Virus record (IMG/VR): IMGVR_UViG_2645727991_000019
Location: 1-31,402 of that record
Source: a virus
Lineage: Duplodnaviria > Heunggongvirae > Uroviricota > Caudoviricetes
Strand: one strand, 5' to 3'
Length of the DNA stretch: 31,402 bases
Shown here: in pieces, positions 1-8,843 of the stretch
Layout: each line of letters opens with the position of its first letter
Position numbering within the stretch: the first letter of the stretch is position 1
Notes under the pieces: model-generated
What the model was told of the DNA's origin: nothing
Database searches by the model: none
Seen by the model: only the letters and a program-made list of their open reading frames with translations
Program-made: the position numbers and the translations under genes

Positions 1-219
1 TTACATCCACATAATTTGCTGCCCTGACGGCAACGGGTGCGGCCTTACTGCGTGGACTTCTCCCGGCTTCACGATGTATCTCTGTACCGACTCATAAGTG
101 ATGAACGTGGCGCTGCAATTCACGTTCTGGCACTGGTGATAACGCTCTTTTGTCGTGTCAGTGATATAGCGACTTGTACGCGCATGTGCGGCATGCTGGC
201 ATAAAGGACAATGAAACAT
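1..219 (-). CDS. ogr: Late gene transcriptional activator Ogr (zinc-finger, 72 aa)
   Basis: Translation from the Met at 219 reads MFHCPLCQHAAHARTSRYITDTTKERYHQCQNVNCSATF..., matching P2 Ogr as I recall it, with a CxxC...CxxC zinc-finger pattern. The six-frame ORF extends to 294, but the Met at 219 fits the known N-terminus. Confidence 0.92.
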   Translation of the reverse strand: MFHCPLCQHAAHARTSRYITDTTKERYHQCQNVNCSATFITYESVQRYIVKPGEVHAVRPHPLPSGQQIMWM

Positions 220-300
220 CGCGAGCACCTCTTCCGGTTTTGTTGATGGTGCCATTTTAGTTAATTTATCCTTATAAAACAAACAGATAAACAAAATACA

Positions 301-1464
301 TCACTCATAATCTTCTGTTTCGTACTCCACATCAGAAAGCCTGACCTCAAGCTCTAAGGACGTCGTGAAGCCGCTATTATTCAGAAAGTGTGTCACCTTA
401 GTGATTGTCCAGTCCTGCTCGTCTATGACGCGCTTAAAACCTGACACTTTGACCGGCGTTTCCGTGTAAATATCTGCCCGGCCGGTAGCCAGGCTGATGG
501 AGAACTCTGCTACACCCCGTTGCAGTTTATCCCACTTCGCCTGAGCGGCACGCATGGCCTGTGCTTTCGTGGCATATACCGTGGTCAGGGCAAAAACGTT
601 GTCAGCCTCACCGGCCATGTATTCACCTTCGCGCGCTTCCGGTGCTTTTGGCGCTTTCTTCTGCCTGACCGGTTTCGCTTTCGGGTGCTCCAGTGCGCGC
701 AGGTGTTTCTCTTTCTTTTTGCGTTTCAGTTTTACCTTCTGCTTTTGCGGCTTCGGGTCTTTGGTGTGTAACCACTTTGCCGTTACGCCGGTGTAGGCTC
801 CACGGTCAGCAATCGCAAAATGATGACGGTCGCCGTCGCTGCGGGTGATGGTGACCTGCGGGATTTTTTTACCGCTGGCCGTCACCCCCTGCCCCGCTTT
901 GAGAAACAACAATTTTCCCATTTTTACCGACACCTCACCGCCGTTGCGTTCAGCAAGGCGGGTCAGGAATTTTGCATCAGACTCCTGCGACTGGTCGATG
1001 TGCGGGATTTTAATTCCGGCCAGTGACGGCGCGACACTGGCTTCCAGCCTGTTACGGGAGGCTATTGCCTCAACAATCGCACCGAGCGTGGTGTCATGCC
1101 AGGAGCCTTCACGGCGGGAATTGAGCGTCCCGCGAAAATCTGCACTCCGGGCACGGATGGTGACCACATCCGGCGCGCCCCGGTGTTCAACCTCATCAAC
1201 GGTAAATTTCCCTTTGCATACCAGGGCAAAACCTTTCCAGCCGATATACACCGTCAGGACAGCGCCACGAACCGGCAGCCCGACCTGCCCGTCGGCATCG
1301 TTCAGTTCAATATCAAGCTGGTCAGCCTCAAAGCCCCGGTTATCCGTCAGGGTCATGCTCATCAGACGGTCGCTGATATTGCCGGTAATATCCCTGCTGT
1401 CGAGCATCAGCATGTAATCCGGCGTCAGCGTACTGCCTGCATCAAATGTCAGCGTATCCAGCAT
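301..1464 (-). CDS. D: Tail protein D (late control gene D family)
   Basis: 387-aa ORF at the position of P2 gpD, downstream of U and upstream of ogr, with a lysine-rich central linker (KPQKQKVKLKRKKKEKH). Confidence 0.9.
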   Translation of the reverse strand: MLDTLTFDAGSTLTPDYMLMLDSRDITGNISDRLMSMTLTDNRGFEADQLDIELNDADGQVGLPVRGAVLTVYIGWKGFALVCKGKFTVDEVEHRGAPDVVTIRARSADFRGTLNSRREGSWHDTTLGAIVEAIASRNRLEASVAPSLAGIKIPHIDQSQESDAKFLTRLAERNGGEVSVKMGKLLFLKAGQGVTASGKKIPQVTITRSDGDRHHFAIADRGAYTGVTAKWLHTKDPKPQKQKVKLKRKKKEKHLRALEHPKAKPVRQKKAPKAPEAREGEYMAGEADNVFALTTVYATKAQAMRAAQAKWDKLQRGVAEFSISLATGRADIYTETPVKVSGFKRVIDEQDWTITKVTHFLNNSGFTTSLELEVRLSDVEYETEDYE

Positions 1465-1943
1465 TATCCCGCCCCCGTCATACCCGTGAATTTAGTTGCC
1501 ATACTGCCCGCCTTACCGATGAGCGATTCCGCCTGTTTACCGATATCGCCATAAAGCGCGGCCAGTGATTCATCAACGCGGGTAAGTGACAGCGTAAAAT
1601 CAATTTTCCGGGGTGTGCCGTCTGCAAAGAAAATACTCCCTGTTTCACTCACCCTGCTGATGACATACATGCCGTAAATCATGCCAGTGCCATCCAGCAA
1701 CGGCCACGCCCGGCCTTCATCTGCCATCAGCCTGAGCGTGGTCATCGTCAGCTTTCCGCCGGTCAGTTCGGGATAAAGCACACCGGCAAGCGTCATGTTT
1801 TCCTCACCCACACCGAGAAACTGGTAGGCATCCCGTTTACCGATACGGGAATTTGACGGCCAGCGATAATCCGATTCACGCTGCATGGTCTGGTGTGGCA
1901 GCGTCTGGCGCATAAAAACAAACATACCTAACGCGAGCATCAT
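1464..1943 (-). CDS. U: Tail protein U
   Basis: 159-aa ORF between T and D; its stop is immediately adjacent to the D start, and size and position match P2 gpU. Confidence 0.88.
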   Translation of the reverse strand: MMLALGMFVFMRQTLPHQTMQRESDYRWPSNSRIGKRDAYQFLGVGEENMTLAGVLYPELTGGKLTMTTLRLMADEGRAWPLLDGTGMIYGMYVISRVSETGSIFFADGTPRKIDFTLSLTRVDESLAALYGDIGKQAESLIGKAGSMATKFTGMTGAG

Positions 1944-1957
1944 TTTTCGTCACCTCC

Positions 1958-4405
1958 TTAACCGTCATGCATCATGCTGGCACGGGCGCGCGCACGTTTA
2001 TCCCGCTCGTATTTTTCGAGCGCATCCTGTAACTGGCGGTCAAGCTGTGTCCCCGGCGCAGTACCGCCCGTCAGGTTGATGTGATATTCGTTTTTACTCT
2101 GGTCCACATAAGAGCGACCAGCCGGTGCCGTGACCGGCTGATAAGCCTGATAGCCTGCATAAGAGCTGGTCGCCGGAATATAACCGCCGGTGCCATACGT
2201 GGCGGCATGAGTCCTTGCGGCGGTCTGGTCAAGTGTGTCTGGCTCTTTGTTGATAACACCGAGTTTTTCCAGTACCCAGTCAATACCGCTGCGCAGTTTG
2301 TTGAACGCATTAAGCGGCAGCATCAGCGCGTCAGCCAGTGCCTGCCCGAACATGACGCCCGTGTCACGGCAACGGTTCAGGGTGTCCTGGGTGGCTTTGA
2401 CCGGGGCAATCAGGTTTTTAAACCACTGCCACGCGGCCTGTAACTTTTCACCCAGCCAGTCAAACACCGGCTTCAGTGGCGTGAACAGTTCTCCCACCGG
2501 CGCAAATGCCACTTTCAGCCCTTCAACCACACCGCCAAAGAATGCGCTGACAGGCTCCCAGTATTTACGGATAAGCAACGCCCCGGCGACAATTGCGGCC
2601 ACCACGGCCACAACCGGCCAGCTAATAGCCCCGATGGCGGTCATAACAGCACTGCCAACCGTCGTGAAGACTGCCCCCATTGCGCCTGCTGCCGCAATGA
2701 TGGCATTGATGCCGGTGATAACCGGCCAGGCTACAAGACCAATGGCACCGATGATGCCAGTCAGCGCCAGCGCGCCACCGGCAATGATGCCGATGGTTGA
2801 CGCCAGTGATTTGTTTTTCTGGATCCAGCCGTCGAGTTTTAACACATACTTTGTGGCCGTCTGCGTGAGCTTACGCAGCGCGCCTTCCTGCTGGTCAAAC
2901 AGGTCAGTCCCCACCGCCTCATAAGCGGACTGAAACTCTTTAAAGTCACCGCCTAGGTTGTCCTGCATGATATTTACCAGCTCGGCGGTCTTCCCGTCTG
3001 AGGCTTTAAACGCAGCGGTCAGTTTGTCCAGCTTTCCGGTTGAGGCGGCAGTCATCAGCACGGCGGCGGCTGAGCTGGCCTCCTCCCCGAAAATAGTTTT
3101 CATGTATTCAGCCTGCTGGGCAGTACCGAGCCGGTTTTTCTCAAAACTGGCCTGCATTTCTTTCAGAATGGTAAATATTGGCCGGGTGTTTCCCTTGCTG
3201 TCTGAGGTTTTCACTCCAAGCTCTTTGAGTGCATCCCATGCTTTTCCCGTCGGTGCCTGCAGGCGGCTTAACACGGTACGGCTTCCCGTCCCCGCCATTG
3301 AGCCTGTGATTTTTGCATCATGCAGCGCCCCGACCATTGCGGCGGTTTCTTCAATGCTGACACCGGCATTTTTTGCCACAGGTGCGGCATAGGTCAGCGC
3401 ATCGCTCATGCCGTCAAAATCGGCGGCGGTTTTGTTCATCGTCATGGAGAGAACATCCCCGATATGAGCGACCTTATCGTTTGAAAGCTGAAAGGCGGAT
3501 TTCATCCCCATCAGCAGGGCGGCGTTTTCTTCCATCGTGCGGCGGTTCGCCAGCGCCATATTCAGCGTGACCGGCGTTGCCGCCTGAATGGCATCAACAT
3601 CCCCACCCGCTTTCGCGATGATTATCTGTGCACCGGCCGCATCATCCGCCGAGGCGGCGGTATTGTCGCCGAGCTGGCGCGCCTGTTTGCGTAGTGCGGT
3701 CATTTCGGCGGAGTCTTTTGCCACTCCGAGCACGGCCTGCAATTCTGAGTTTTTCTGAGCAAACTCATAACCGGGCATCAGCAACTTAACTCCGGCCATC
3801 GTTCCCGCCGCCGCAATCCCCACACCGGCAGCGCCCACTGAGGCCATATTTCCTGCCAGTTCCTTTCCGGCCTGATAACGCTGTTTTACTGCGTTAAGTT
3901 TTGCCTGTTGTGCACTGACACGCGCCAGTGCGTCACGCTGACGGTTAAGCTGTGCGGTGGTTTCACTGATACGGTTTTTCAGTCCCTGCTCATCATGTGC
4001 AAGATTGCGGGTATTAATTCCCACAACGGCCAGTTCCCGCTGCTGGCGTTTAACGGAATCCGTCAGGCGGTTATATTTCGCCTGTAAGTCCTCCGCCGCA
4101 CGCTTTGCGGATTCCAGCACTTTCGCCTGAGCACGGGTCGGACGTTCGGTGTTTTTAAACTGTGTGGCAAGGGCTTCGGCCTCCTGCCGAGCCTTTTCAA
4201 GTGCATGACCAGTCACGGCGAGCTGTGCACTGGTCTTGCGAAATCCCTCAATACGGGATGCCTGACCGTTCAGCTCGCGCAGTGATTTTTGTGTTTCCCG
4301 GATATCCCCCGACAGCGATTTGCTCGCTGTGCGGATGGATTTAAACGGGCGGGATGCCTGGTCAACAGCCCTGAGCAATACCTGTAATTTTACATTGTTA
4401 CTCAT
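1958..4405 (-). CDS. T: Tail tape measure protein T
   Basis: 815-aa ORF with a coiled-coil-rich N-terminal part and Ala/Gly-rich hydrophobic segments, located downstream of E/E'. Length matches P2 gpT as I recall it. Confidence 0.92.
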   Translation of the reverse strand: MSNNVKLQVLLRAVDQASRPFKSIRTASKSLSGDIRETQKSLRELNGQASRIEGFRKTSAQLAVTGHALEKARQEAEALATQFKNTERPTRAQAKVLESAKRAAEDLQAKYNRLTDSVKRQQRELAVVGINTRNLAHDEQGLKNRISETTAQLNRQRDALARVSAQQAKLNAVKQRYQAGKELAGNMASVGAAGVGIAAAGTMAGVKLLMPGYEFAQKNSELQAVLGVAKDSAEMTALRKQARQLGDNTAASADDAAGAQIIIAKAGGDVDAIQAATPVTLNMALANRRTMEENAALLMGMKSAFQLSNDKVAHIGDVLSMTMNKTAADFDGMSDALTYAAPVAKNAGVSIEETAAMVGALHDAKITGSMAGTGSRTVLSRLQAPTGKAWDALKELGVKTSDSKGNTRPIFTILKEMQASFEKNRLGTAQQAEYMKTIFGEEASSAAAVLMTAASTGKLDKLTAAFKASDGKTAELVNIMQDNLGGDFKEFQSAYEAVGTDLFDQQEGALRKLTQTATKYVLKLDGWIQKNKSLASTIGIIAGGALALTGIIGAIGLVAWPVITGINAIIAAAGAMGAVFTTVGSAVMTAIGAISWPVVAVVAAIVAGALLIRKYWEPVSAFFGGVVEGLKVAFAPVGELFTPLKPVFDWLGEKLQAAWQWFKNLIAPVKATQDTLNRCRDTGVMFGQALADALMLPLNAFNKLRSGIDWVLEKLGVINKEPDTLDQTAARTHAATYGTGGYIPATSSYAGYQAYQPVTAPAGRSYVDQSKNEYHINLTGGTAPGTQLDRQLQDALEKYERDKRARARASMMHDG

Positions 4406-4825
4406 TCGTGTTTCCGCTTCGCCGGAGCGCCTTTTCGCGCCATGTGATGAGTTCGGTCAGGCTCATGGGATATAGTTCTGATGGCGGCCAGTGAAATATC
4501 ACTGCCACATCCGCCATCAGGTCATCGACCGAGAGATTTTTCGGAAACGTCACTGCACCGAGTTCGGCGACAAAAAACCGACCACCTTACCGGCCAGCGC
4601 CACAAGGTCAGGCAGCTCCAGCGCGGCGACTTCCTGCTCGGTCAGCATCGGTGCCGTCATGCGCGGCAGCACCTTAATCAGTGCATCGACTTCAGAGTTC
4701 GCGACCGCAGCCAGACTGACACCGCGCAGCGTCCCGGCATTGGGTTTCATCAGCGTGACCTGTTCGATAACCTGCTCACCACGCTTGACCGGATTGTCCA
4801 GGGTAATCACATTTTCTTTGTTCAT
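4398..4825 (-). CDS. E+E': Tail assembly chaperone E+E' (programmed -1 ribosomal frameshift product, about 142 aa)
   Basis: A -1 shift at the heptamer T_TTT_TTG (4577..4571 on the minus strand) opens a 57-codon extension (VAELGAVTFPKNLSVDDLMADVAVIFHWPPSELYPMSLTELITWREKALRRSGNTNE) that ends at a TAA at 4400..4398, overlapping the T start codon (4405). The arrangement parallels P2 E/E+E' and the lambda G/GT paradigm. Confidence 0.8.
4550..4825 (-). CDS. E: Tail assembly chaperone E (zero-frame product)
   Basis: 91-aa ORF starting MNKENVITLDNPVKRGEQ..., between FII and T. It ends 21 nt after a TTTTTTG slippery heptamer. Confidence 0.88.
   Translation of the reverse strand: MNKENVITLDNPVKRGEQVIEQVTLMKPNAGTLRGVSLAAVANSEVDALIKVLPRMTAPMLTEQEVAALELPDLVALAGKVVGFLSPNSVQ
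4571..4577 (-). other. Slippery heptanucleotide TTTTTTG for the E/E' -1 frameshift
   Basis: The plus strand reads caaaaaa at 4571..4577, so the minus strand reads T TTT TTG in the E zero frame (codons GGT TTT TTG). Confidence 0.8.
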
Positions 4826-4882
4826 GGTTTTCTCACTTCTGAATCGGGGGTTAACCGGTCAGCCTGGCTGACCGGATGAAAA

Positions 4883-5401
4883 TCACAGGCCGATATTGCG
4901 GCGGTGTTGCTCCAGCCGGTCGACGCCGTTCACCTTCTCAATCATGTTGATGGTGTCAATTTCGACCAGCTCCTTACCGTCCATCGTCAGCCGGAAATAG
5001 GTGCAGACCACGGAGATTTTCGACTCGGTGTCTTCTCCCTGTTTACCCTCACCGGTGTCGATTTCTTTCTGACGGCCACGCATGACCACTTCGACGGCCA
5101 CCGTTTCGCCGGTATCGTCGCGCTGGTAAGAGCCTGCAAAACGAATCGGCACGGCATCCACGCCGGTTGCGGCGTAAAGCTCCCAGATAACCGAATCCGG
5201 GAAGCCCCCGAGCGACCACTCCATTGACAGCGCATCGTCATCAAGGCCGAGGTCTACCGGTGCGCTGCCGTTCATCCCCGCACCGCGATAGTTTTCGAGC
5301 TTACGGGTCAGTTTTGGCAGCGTGACGGACTTTGCAACGCCCTGATAGCTGTAGCCGTTCAGAAAGACGTTCATTAACTTGAGTTTGCGCGGCATTGCCA
5401 T
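4883..5401 (-). CDS. FII: Tail tube protein FII
   Basis: 172-aa ORF immediately downstream of FI; position and length match P2 gpFII. Confidence 0.9.
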   Translation of the reverse strand: MAMPRKLKLMNVFLNGYSYQGVAKSVTLPKLTRKLENYRGAGMNGSAPVDLGLDDDALSMEWSLGGFPDSVIWELYAATGVDAVPIRFAGSYQRDDTGETVAVEVVMRGRQKEIDTGEGKQGEDTESKISVVCTYFRLTMDGKELVEIDTINMIEKVNGVDRLEQHRRNIGL

Positions 5402-5413
5402 CGGTCAGGCTCC

Positions 5414-6604
5414 TTAATTGCTGTTAACCGAAGTGACCAGATTTGCCAGGTATTTATCGGTAATACGCTGGCGCAGGGTCAGGTTTTCGAGAGGAGGCAC
5501 CGGGGTATAGTCGTAGTCGATATACAGTTTTCCGGCCTTGAGGGTTTCCGCATCGTTGGATTCTTCGCTGAACCAGCAGGTCGCATCCACGATATAGCCG
5601 TTTGTTTTCAGCTCACGGAATTTGGCATTGATGCCGTCAACGATGTCGCGAATCAGCGTTGCGGTGATGGGCTTGTCCACCGCCCACATGTGCGCCTCAG
5701 CCATCGTGTCGGCCAGCACCTGCGCGGTGCGGGTGTAGTTTTCAAAGAGGAACAGCGGGTCATCCGAGCAGGTACGGTTACCCCAGAAGCGGAAACCGTC
5801 ACGGCGAATCAGCGTTGTGACACCTGACTCATTAAGCAGGTCAGCATCGGTGCCGGACTCCTGCAAATCCCAGAATACAGAGGCACTGATGCCGGTAACA
5901 CCGTTTACCCCGACATTGGACAGCGTTTTATGCCATCCCTGCTCCTGGTCGATTCTGGCACGCAACCCCAGCGCACGGGCGGTGGCATACGCGGTGGCGG
6001 TGGTACTGGTGACCGTATCCCATGCGAGGAAATCCGGCCAGATGACCATCAGCTCACGCTGGCTGAAATTCTGGCGGTAGGCTTTCACCTCGGAAATGGT
6101 CTTACAGCCCCATGCGCTGATATATCCGAAAGCACGCAGCTTCTGACAGACGGATGCCAGTGCAACAGCCACCTCTTTGGTATCCAGTCCCGGCACACCG
6201 AGAATACGCGGTTTAACACCGGTTACCGACTCCGCCGCCAGCAGGGCTTTCAGTCCGGTGTACTGACCGTTTTCGTCGGTGGTGCCGATGATATTGGAAA
6301 CGGTCTGCGCGAGTTTCGTTTCTTCGTCGTCGCCGGTGCCGTCTTCCACGCGCACGACAACGGTGACCGGTTTTGACTGGTCAGCGATGGCCTGCAACGA
6401 TGCCGCCAGCGTGCCTTTTTTACCGGCCTTTGCAATTGCGCTCTGCACATTGGTAATCAGCACCGGTTTATTGAGGGGGAAGGTTTCCGCATCCGCATCG
6501 CTGGCCGTGCAGACCATGCCGACAATGGCAGTGGATACGGTGGAAATGACGCGGGTGCCGTCGTTAATCTCCAGCACCTGCACGCCGTGATGATAGTCAC
6601 TCAT
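5414..6604 (-). CDS. FI: Contractile tail sheath protein FI
   Basis: 396-aa ORF starting MSDYHHGVQVLEINDGTRVISTVSTAIVGMV..., upstream of FII; position and length match P2 gpFI. Confidence 0.92.
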   Translation of the reverse strand: MSDYHHGVQVLEINDGTRVISTVSTAIVGMVCTASDADAETFPLNKPVLITNVQSAIAKAGKKGTLAASLQAIADQSKPVTVVVRVEDGTGDDEETKLAQTVSNIIGTTDENGQYTGLKALLAAESVTGVKPRILGVPGLDTKEVAVALASVCQKLRAFGYISAWGCKTISEVKAYRQNFSQRELMVIWPDFLAWDTVTSTTATAYATARALGLRARIDQEQGWHKTLSNVGVNGVTGISASVFWDLQESGTDADLLNESGVTTLIRRDGFRFWGNRTCSDDPLFLFENYTRTAQVLADTMAEAHMWAVDKPITATLIRDIVDGINAKFRELKTNGYIVDATCWFSEESNDAETLKAGKLYIDYDYTPVPPLENLTLRQRITDKYLANLVTSVNSN

Positions 6605-6663
6605 CCGTTTAACTCCGTGGTTAATGGGTGAGTGATATTTTCAGTTGTGCCGGAGATGTCAGG

Positions 6664-7257
6664 CTATTTGTCCCGGTTGGCTAAGGGATGACACAATTTA
6701 TTCTTTGTCGCTGATGAGGGGAATTTTTTATAGAGCGTGGACAGGCCAATATCAAAAATCAGCGCCACGCGTTGACGTGATTCACCCGCAGCCAGCAACC
6801 GTCCTGCCTGTTCCCACTCACTCGCGGTGAGCTTCGGACGTCTGCCACCAATACGACCTTTAGCTCTGGCCGCTTCCAGTCCGGCGCGTGTCCGCTCGAC
6901 AATGAGTTCTCGTTCCATTTCAGCCAGGGCACCCATCACATGAAAGAAAAAACGCCCCATCGGCGTGCTGGTATCAATAGCATCCGTCAGGCTGCGAAAA
7001 TTAACGCCGCGTTCGCGCAGTTCCTCAACCAGAATGACCAGATGCCGCATACTACGCCCCAGCCTGTCCAGCTTCCAGACCACCAGTGTATCCCCCTCCG
7101 ATAATGTCCTGAGCAGTTTTTTCAGTCCCGGTCGGTCGGACTTAGTGCCGCTGATTTTATCCTCAAAAATCAGCTCACATCCTGCGCACTCCAGCGCGTT
7201 ACGCTGCAATTCCGTGTTCTGGTCATTTGTTGACACGCGTACATAGCCAATAAGCAT
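6664..7257 (-). CDS. Serine site-specific DNA invertase (Hin/Gin/Cin/Pin family)
   Basis: From the Met at 7257 the protein starts MLIGYVRVSTNDQNTELQRNAL..., the canonical resolvase/invertase N-terminus with the catalytic Ser in the VRVST motif. A strong AGGGGGA Shine-Dalgarno sits 5 nt upstream of this ATG. It lies immediately outside the left crossover site of the invertible segment. Confidence 0.9.
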   Translation of the reverse strand: MLIGYVRVSTNDQNTELQRNALECAGCELIFEDKISGTKSDRPGLKKLLRTLSEGDTLVVWKLDRLGRSMRHLVILVEELRERGVNFRSLTDAIDTSTPMGRFFFHVMGALAEMERELIVERTRAGLEAARAKGRIGGRRPKLTASEWEQAGRLLAAGESRQRVALIFDIGLSTLYKKFPSSATKNKLCHPLANRDK

Positions 7258-7312
7258 GAGCATCCCCCTGAATAAAAACCGGAGATGATGCCAGTTGCCC
7301 GTTATCTCTGCA

Positions 7313-7338
7313 TTTTCATAAACGTTGGTTTAGGAGAA
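7313..7338. repeat. Left 26-bp inversion crossover site (hix/gix-like)
   Basis: TTTTCATAAACG-TT-GGTTTAGGAGAA is an imperfect palindrome with a central TT dinucleotide. Its right half-site matches 11 of 12 positions of the half-site at 9189..9214 in inverted orientation. Confidence 0.8.
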
Positions 7339-7836
7339 GGCTCAGCATTGCCTGTTGGCGTACCTGTTCCGTGGCCCTCAGCCACTCCGCCAACAGGCTG
7401 GCTGAAATGCAACGGAGCAGCTTTTTCTGCTGAAGAATACCCGGAACTGGCAAAGGCTTACCCGACAAATAAATTGCCTGATTTACGCGGTGAATTTATT
7501 CGTGGCTGGGATGACGGACGTGGTATGGATACGGGGAGGGCAATATTATCCGCTCAGGGCGATGCCATACGTAATATCTATGGTGAGTTCAAGACTGTAA
7601 ACACCGAAAATTATTCAATATGGGAATCAGTAGGCTCTTTTAAGGGGGCAGTGGTGCCTTTGAACCCCTCAACGAACAATAGTTATTTCTCCTTAATCAG
7701 AAGTATGGTGACAGAAAGAACAGATGGCGCTGTTTACCCAAAAGTGATTGGCCTTGATGCTTCAAGAATTGTTCCAACTGCAAACGAAAACCGTCCACGT
7801 AACATCGCCTTTAATTATATTGTGAGGGCTGCATAA
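7313..7836 (+). CDS. Silent alternative tail-fibre C-terminal cassette (Sv'-like, tail-collar motif); promoterless in this orientation
   Basis: The open frame continues in phase from the GLGE codons of the crossover site and encodes ...VPVPWPSATPPTGWLKCNGAAFSAEEYPELAKAYPTNKLPDLRGEFIRGWDDGRGMD..., the classic phage tail-collar motif of Mu S and P1 S variable fibre parts. The ORF-track start at 7285 precedes the crossover site and is probably not a real start. Confidence 0.8.
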
Positions 7837-8429
7837 TGAAACCTGTTTTTGATGAAAATGGGCTGGCTACAGTGCCGGGTGATATGCGTTGTTTTTATTA
7901 TGATGCAGTAACGTCTGAATATACGGGCTGGTCTGATGAATATATTAATACTGGCGTAAGTATGCCCGCCTGTTCCACTGGTATTGACCCGGGCGAATAC
8001 ATTCCGGGGAAAGTGGCAGTATTTACGGGTAAGGGATGGAGCCATGAAGAAGACCACCGCAATGAGACTGTTTACTCAATCGAAAATGGCGCAGCTGTTA
8101 CAGTGGATTATATCGGTGCCATCAAAGACGGTTATGTCACGCTTTCACCGTTAACGCCATACGATAAATGGGATGGTGAGAAATGGGTGACAGATACTGA
8201 GGCACAGCATAGTGCCGCACTAGACGCGGCAGAAGCACAGCGCCAGTCGCTGATTGATGCTGCAATGGCTTCCATCAGTCTGATTCAACTGAAATTACAG
8301 GCCGGGCGGAAGCTGACGCAGGCAGAAACAACCCGACTTAACGCCGTGCTGGATTATATTGACGCGGTGACGGTAACAGATACCAGCACTGCGCCGGATG
8401 TCATCTGGCCTGAACTGCCGGAGGCGTAG
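7836..8429 (+). CDS. Tail fibre assembly protein (chaperone for the silent cassette, U'-like)
   Basis: 197-aa ORF directly following the silent fibre cassette (the ATG overlaps its stop). Its C-terminal region (LDYIDAVTVTDTSTAPDVIWPELPEA) resembles the C-terminus of the opposite-strand tfa (LDYLDTLELVDTSGAPDIEWPTPP). Confidence 0.82.
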   Translation: MKPVFDENGLATVPGDMRCFYYDAVTSEYTGWSDEYINTGVSMPACSTGIDPGEYIPGKVAVFTGKGWSHEEDHRNETVYSIENGAAVTVDYIGAIKDGYVTLSPLTPYDKWDGEKWVTDTEAQHSAALDAAEAQRQSLIDAAMASISLIQLKLQAGRKLTQAETTRLNAVLDYIDAVTVTDTSTAPDVIWPELPEA

Positions 8430-8841
8430 GCCATTCAATATCTGGCGCACCGGAAGTATCGACCAGTTCCAGTGTGTCCAGATAATCCAGCCACAAATTA
8501 TATTGCGCCAGTTCCTCACCTTTCAGGCGACCAATCGCCGCTTTACCAGGCCATTGCTTACTGTTTATGTATTCGTTGACCTGATTAATCAATTGCTGCT
8601 TTTCCAGTTCGGCTGCGGCAATTTGTTCCTCATGAGTTGGCGGTGGAATATCAATCCATGCAGGCATTCCGTCGATGACACCTCTGTATTTTCCTTCTGG
8701 TGCTTCCTTCATAAATTCGGCGGCAACAGTGTCGTCAATTTCGATTCCATCATCGGGCCATTCGCCGGATTCCTGATAAGCGATTTTAAGCTCCACAGGG
8801 AAAAACGCATTTTTATCGGCACTGAAAATATATTTCTGCAT
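8401..8841 (-). CDS. Tail fibre assembly protein (chaperone for the currently expressed fibre, G/U-like)
   Basis: 146-aa ORF immediately downstream of H, converging on and overlapping the 3' end of the plus-strand tfa; it carries the conserved tfa C-terminal motif. Confidence 0.85.
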   Translation of the reverse strand: MQKYIFSADKNAFFPVELKIAYQESGEWPDDGIEIDDTVAAEFMKEAPEGKYRGVIDGMPAWIDIPPPTHEEQIAAAELEKQQLINQVNEYINSKQWPGKAAIGRLKGEELAQYNLWLDYLDTLELVDTSGAPDIEWPTPPAVQAR

Positions 8842-8843
8842 TT

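Noticed and set aside
845-1417. 190-aa plus-strand ORF antisense to D, and similar antisense ORFs (4481..4879, 5930..6376, 10407..11018, 16821..17420, 18066..18656, 19758..20468, 21755..22345)
   Set aside because: Each lies fully within a conserved structural or replication gene on the opposite strand, and their translations are low-complexity; they are most likely spurious.
2235-2924. 229-aa plus-strand ORF, and neighbouring plus-strand ORFs at 2081..2443 and 2958..3392, inside the T tape-measure gene
   Set aside because: They are antisense to a well-supported long gene, low-complexity and Ala/Ser/Thr/Pro-rich, as expected from the reverse frames of GC-rich coding DNA, with no start context.
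7285-7312. ORF-track start at 7285 for the plus-strand tail-fibre cassette
   Set aside because: The sequence upstream of the crossover site at 7313 is the invertase promoter and leader region on the other strand; the cassette is expressed only as a fusion to H after inversion.
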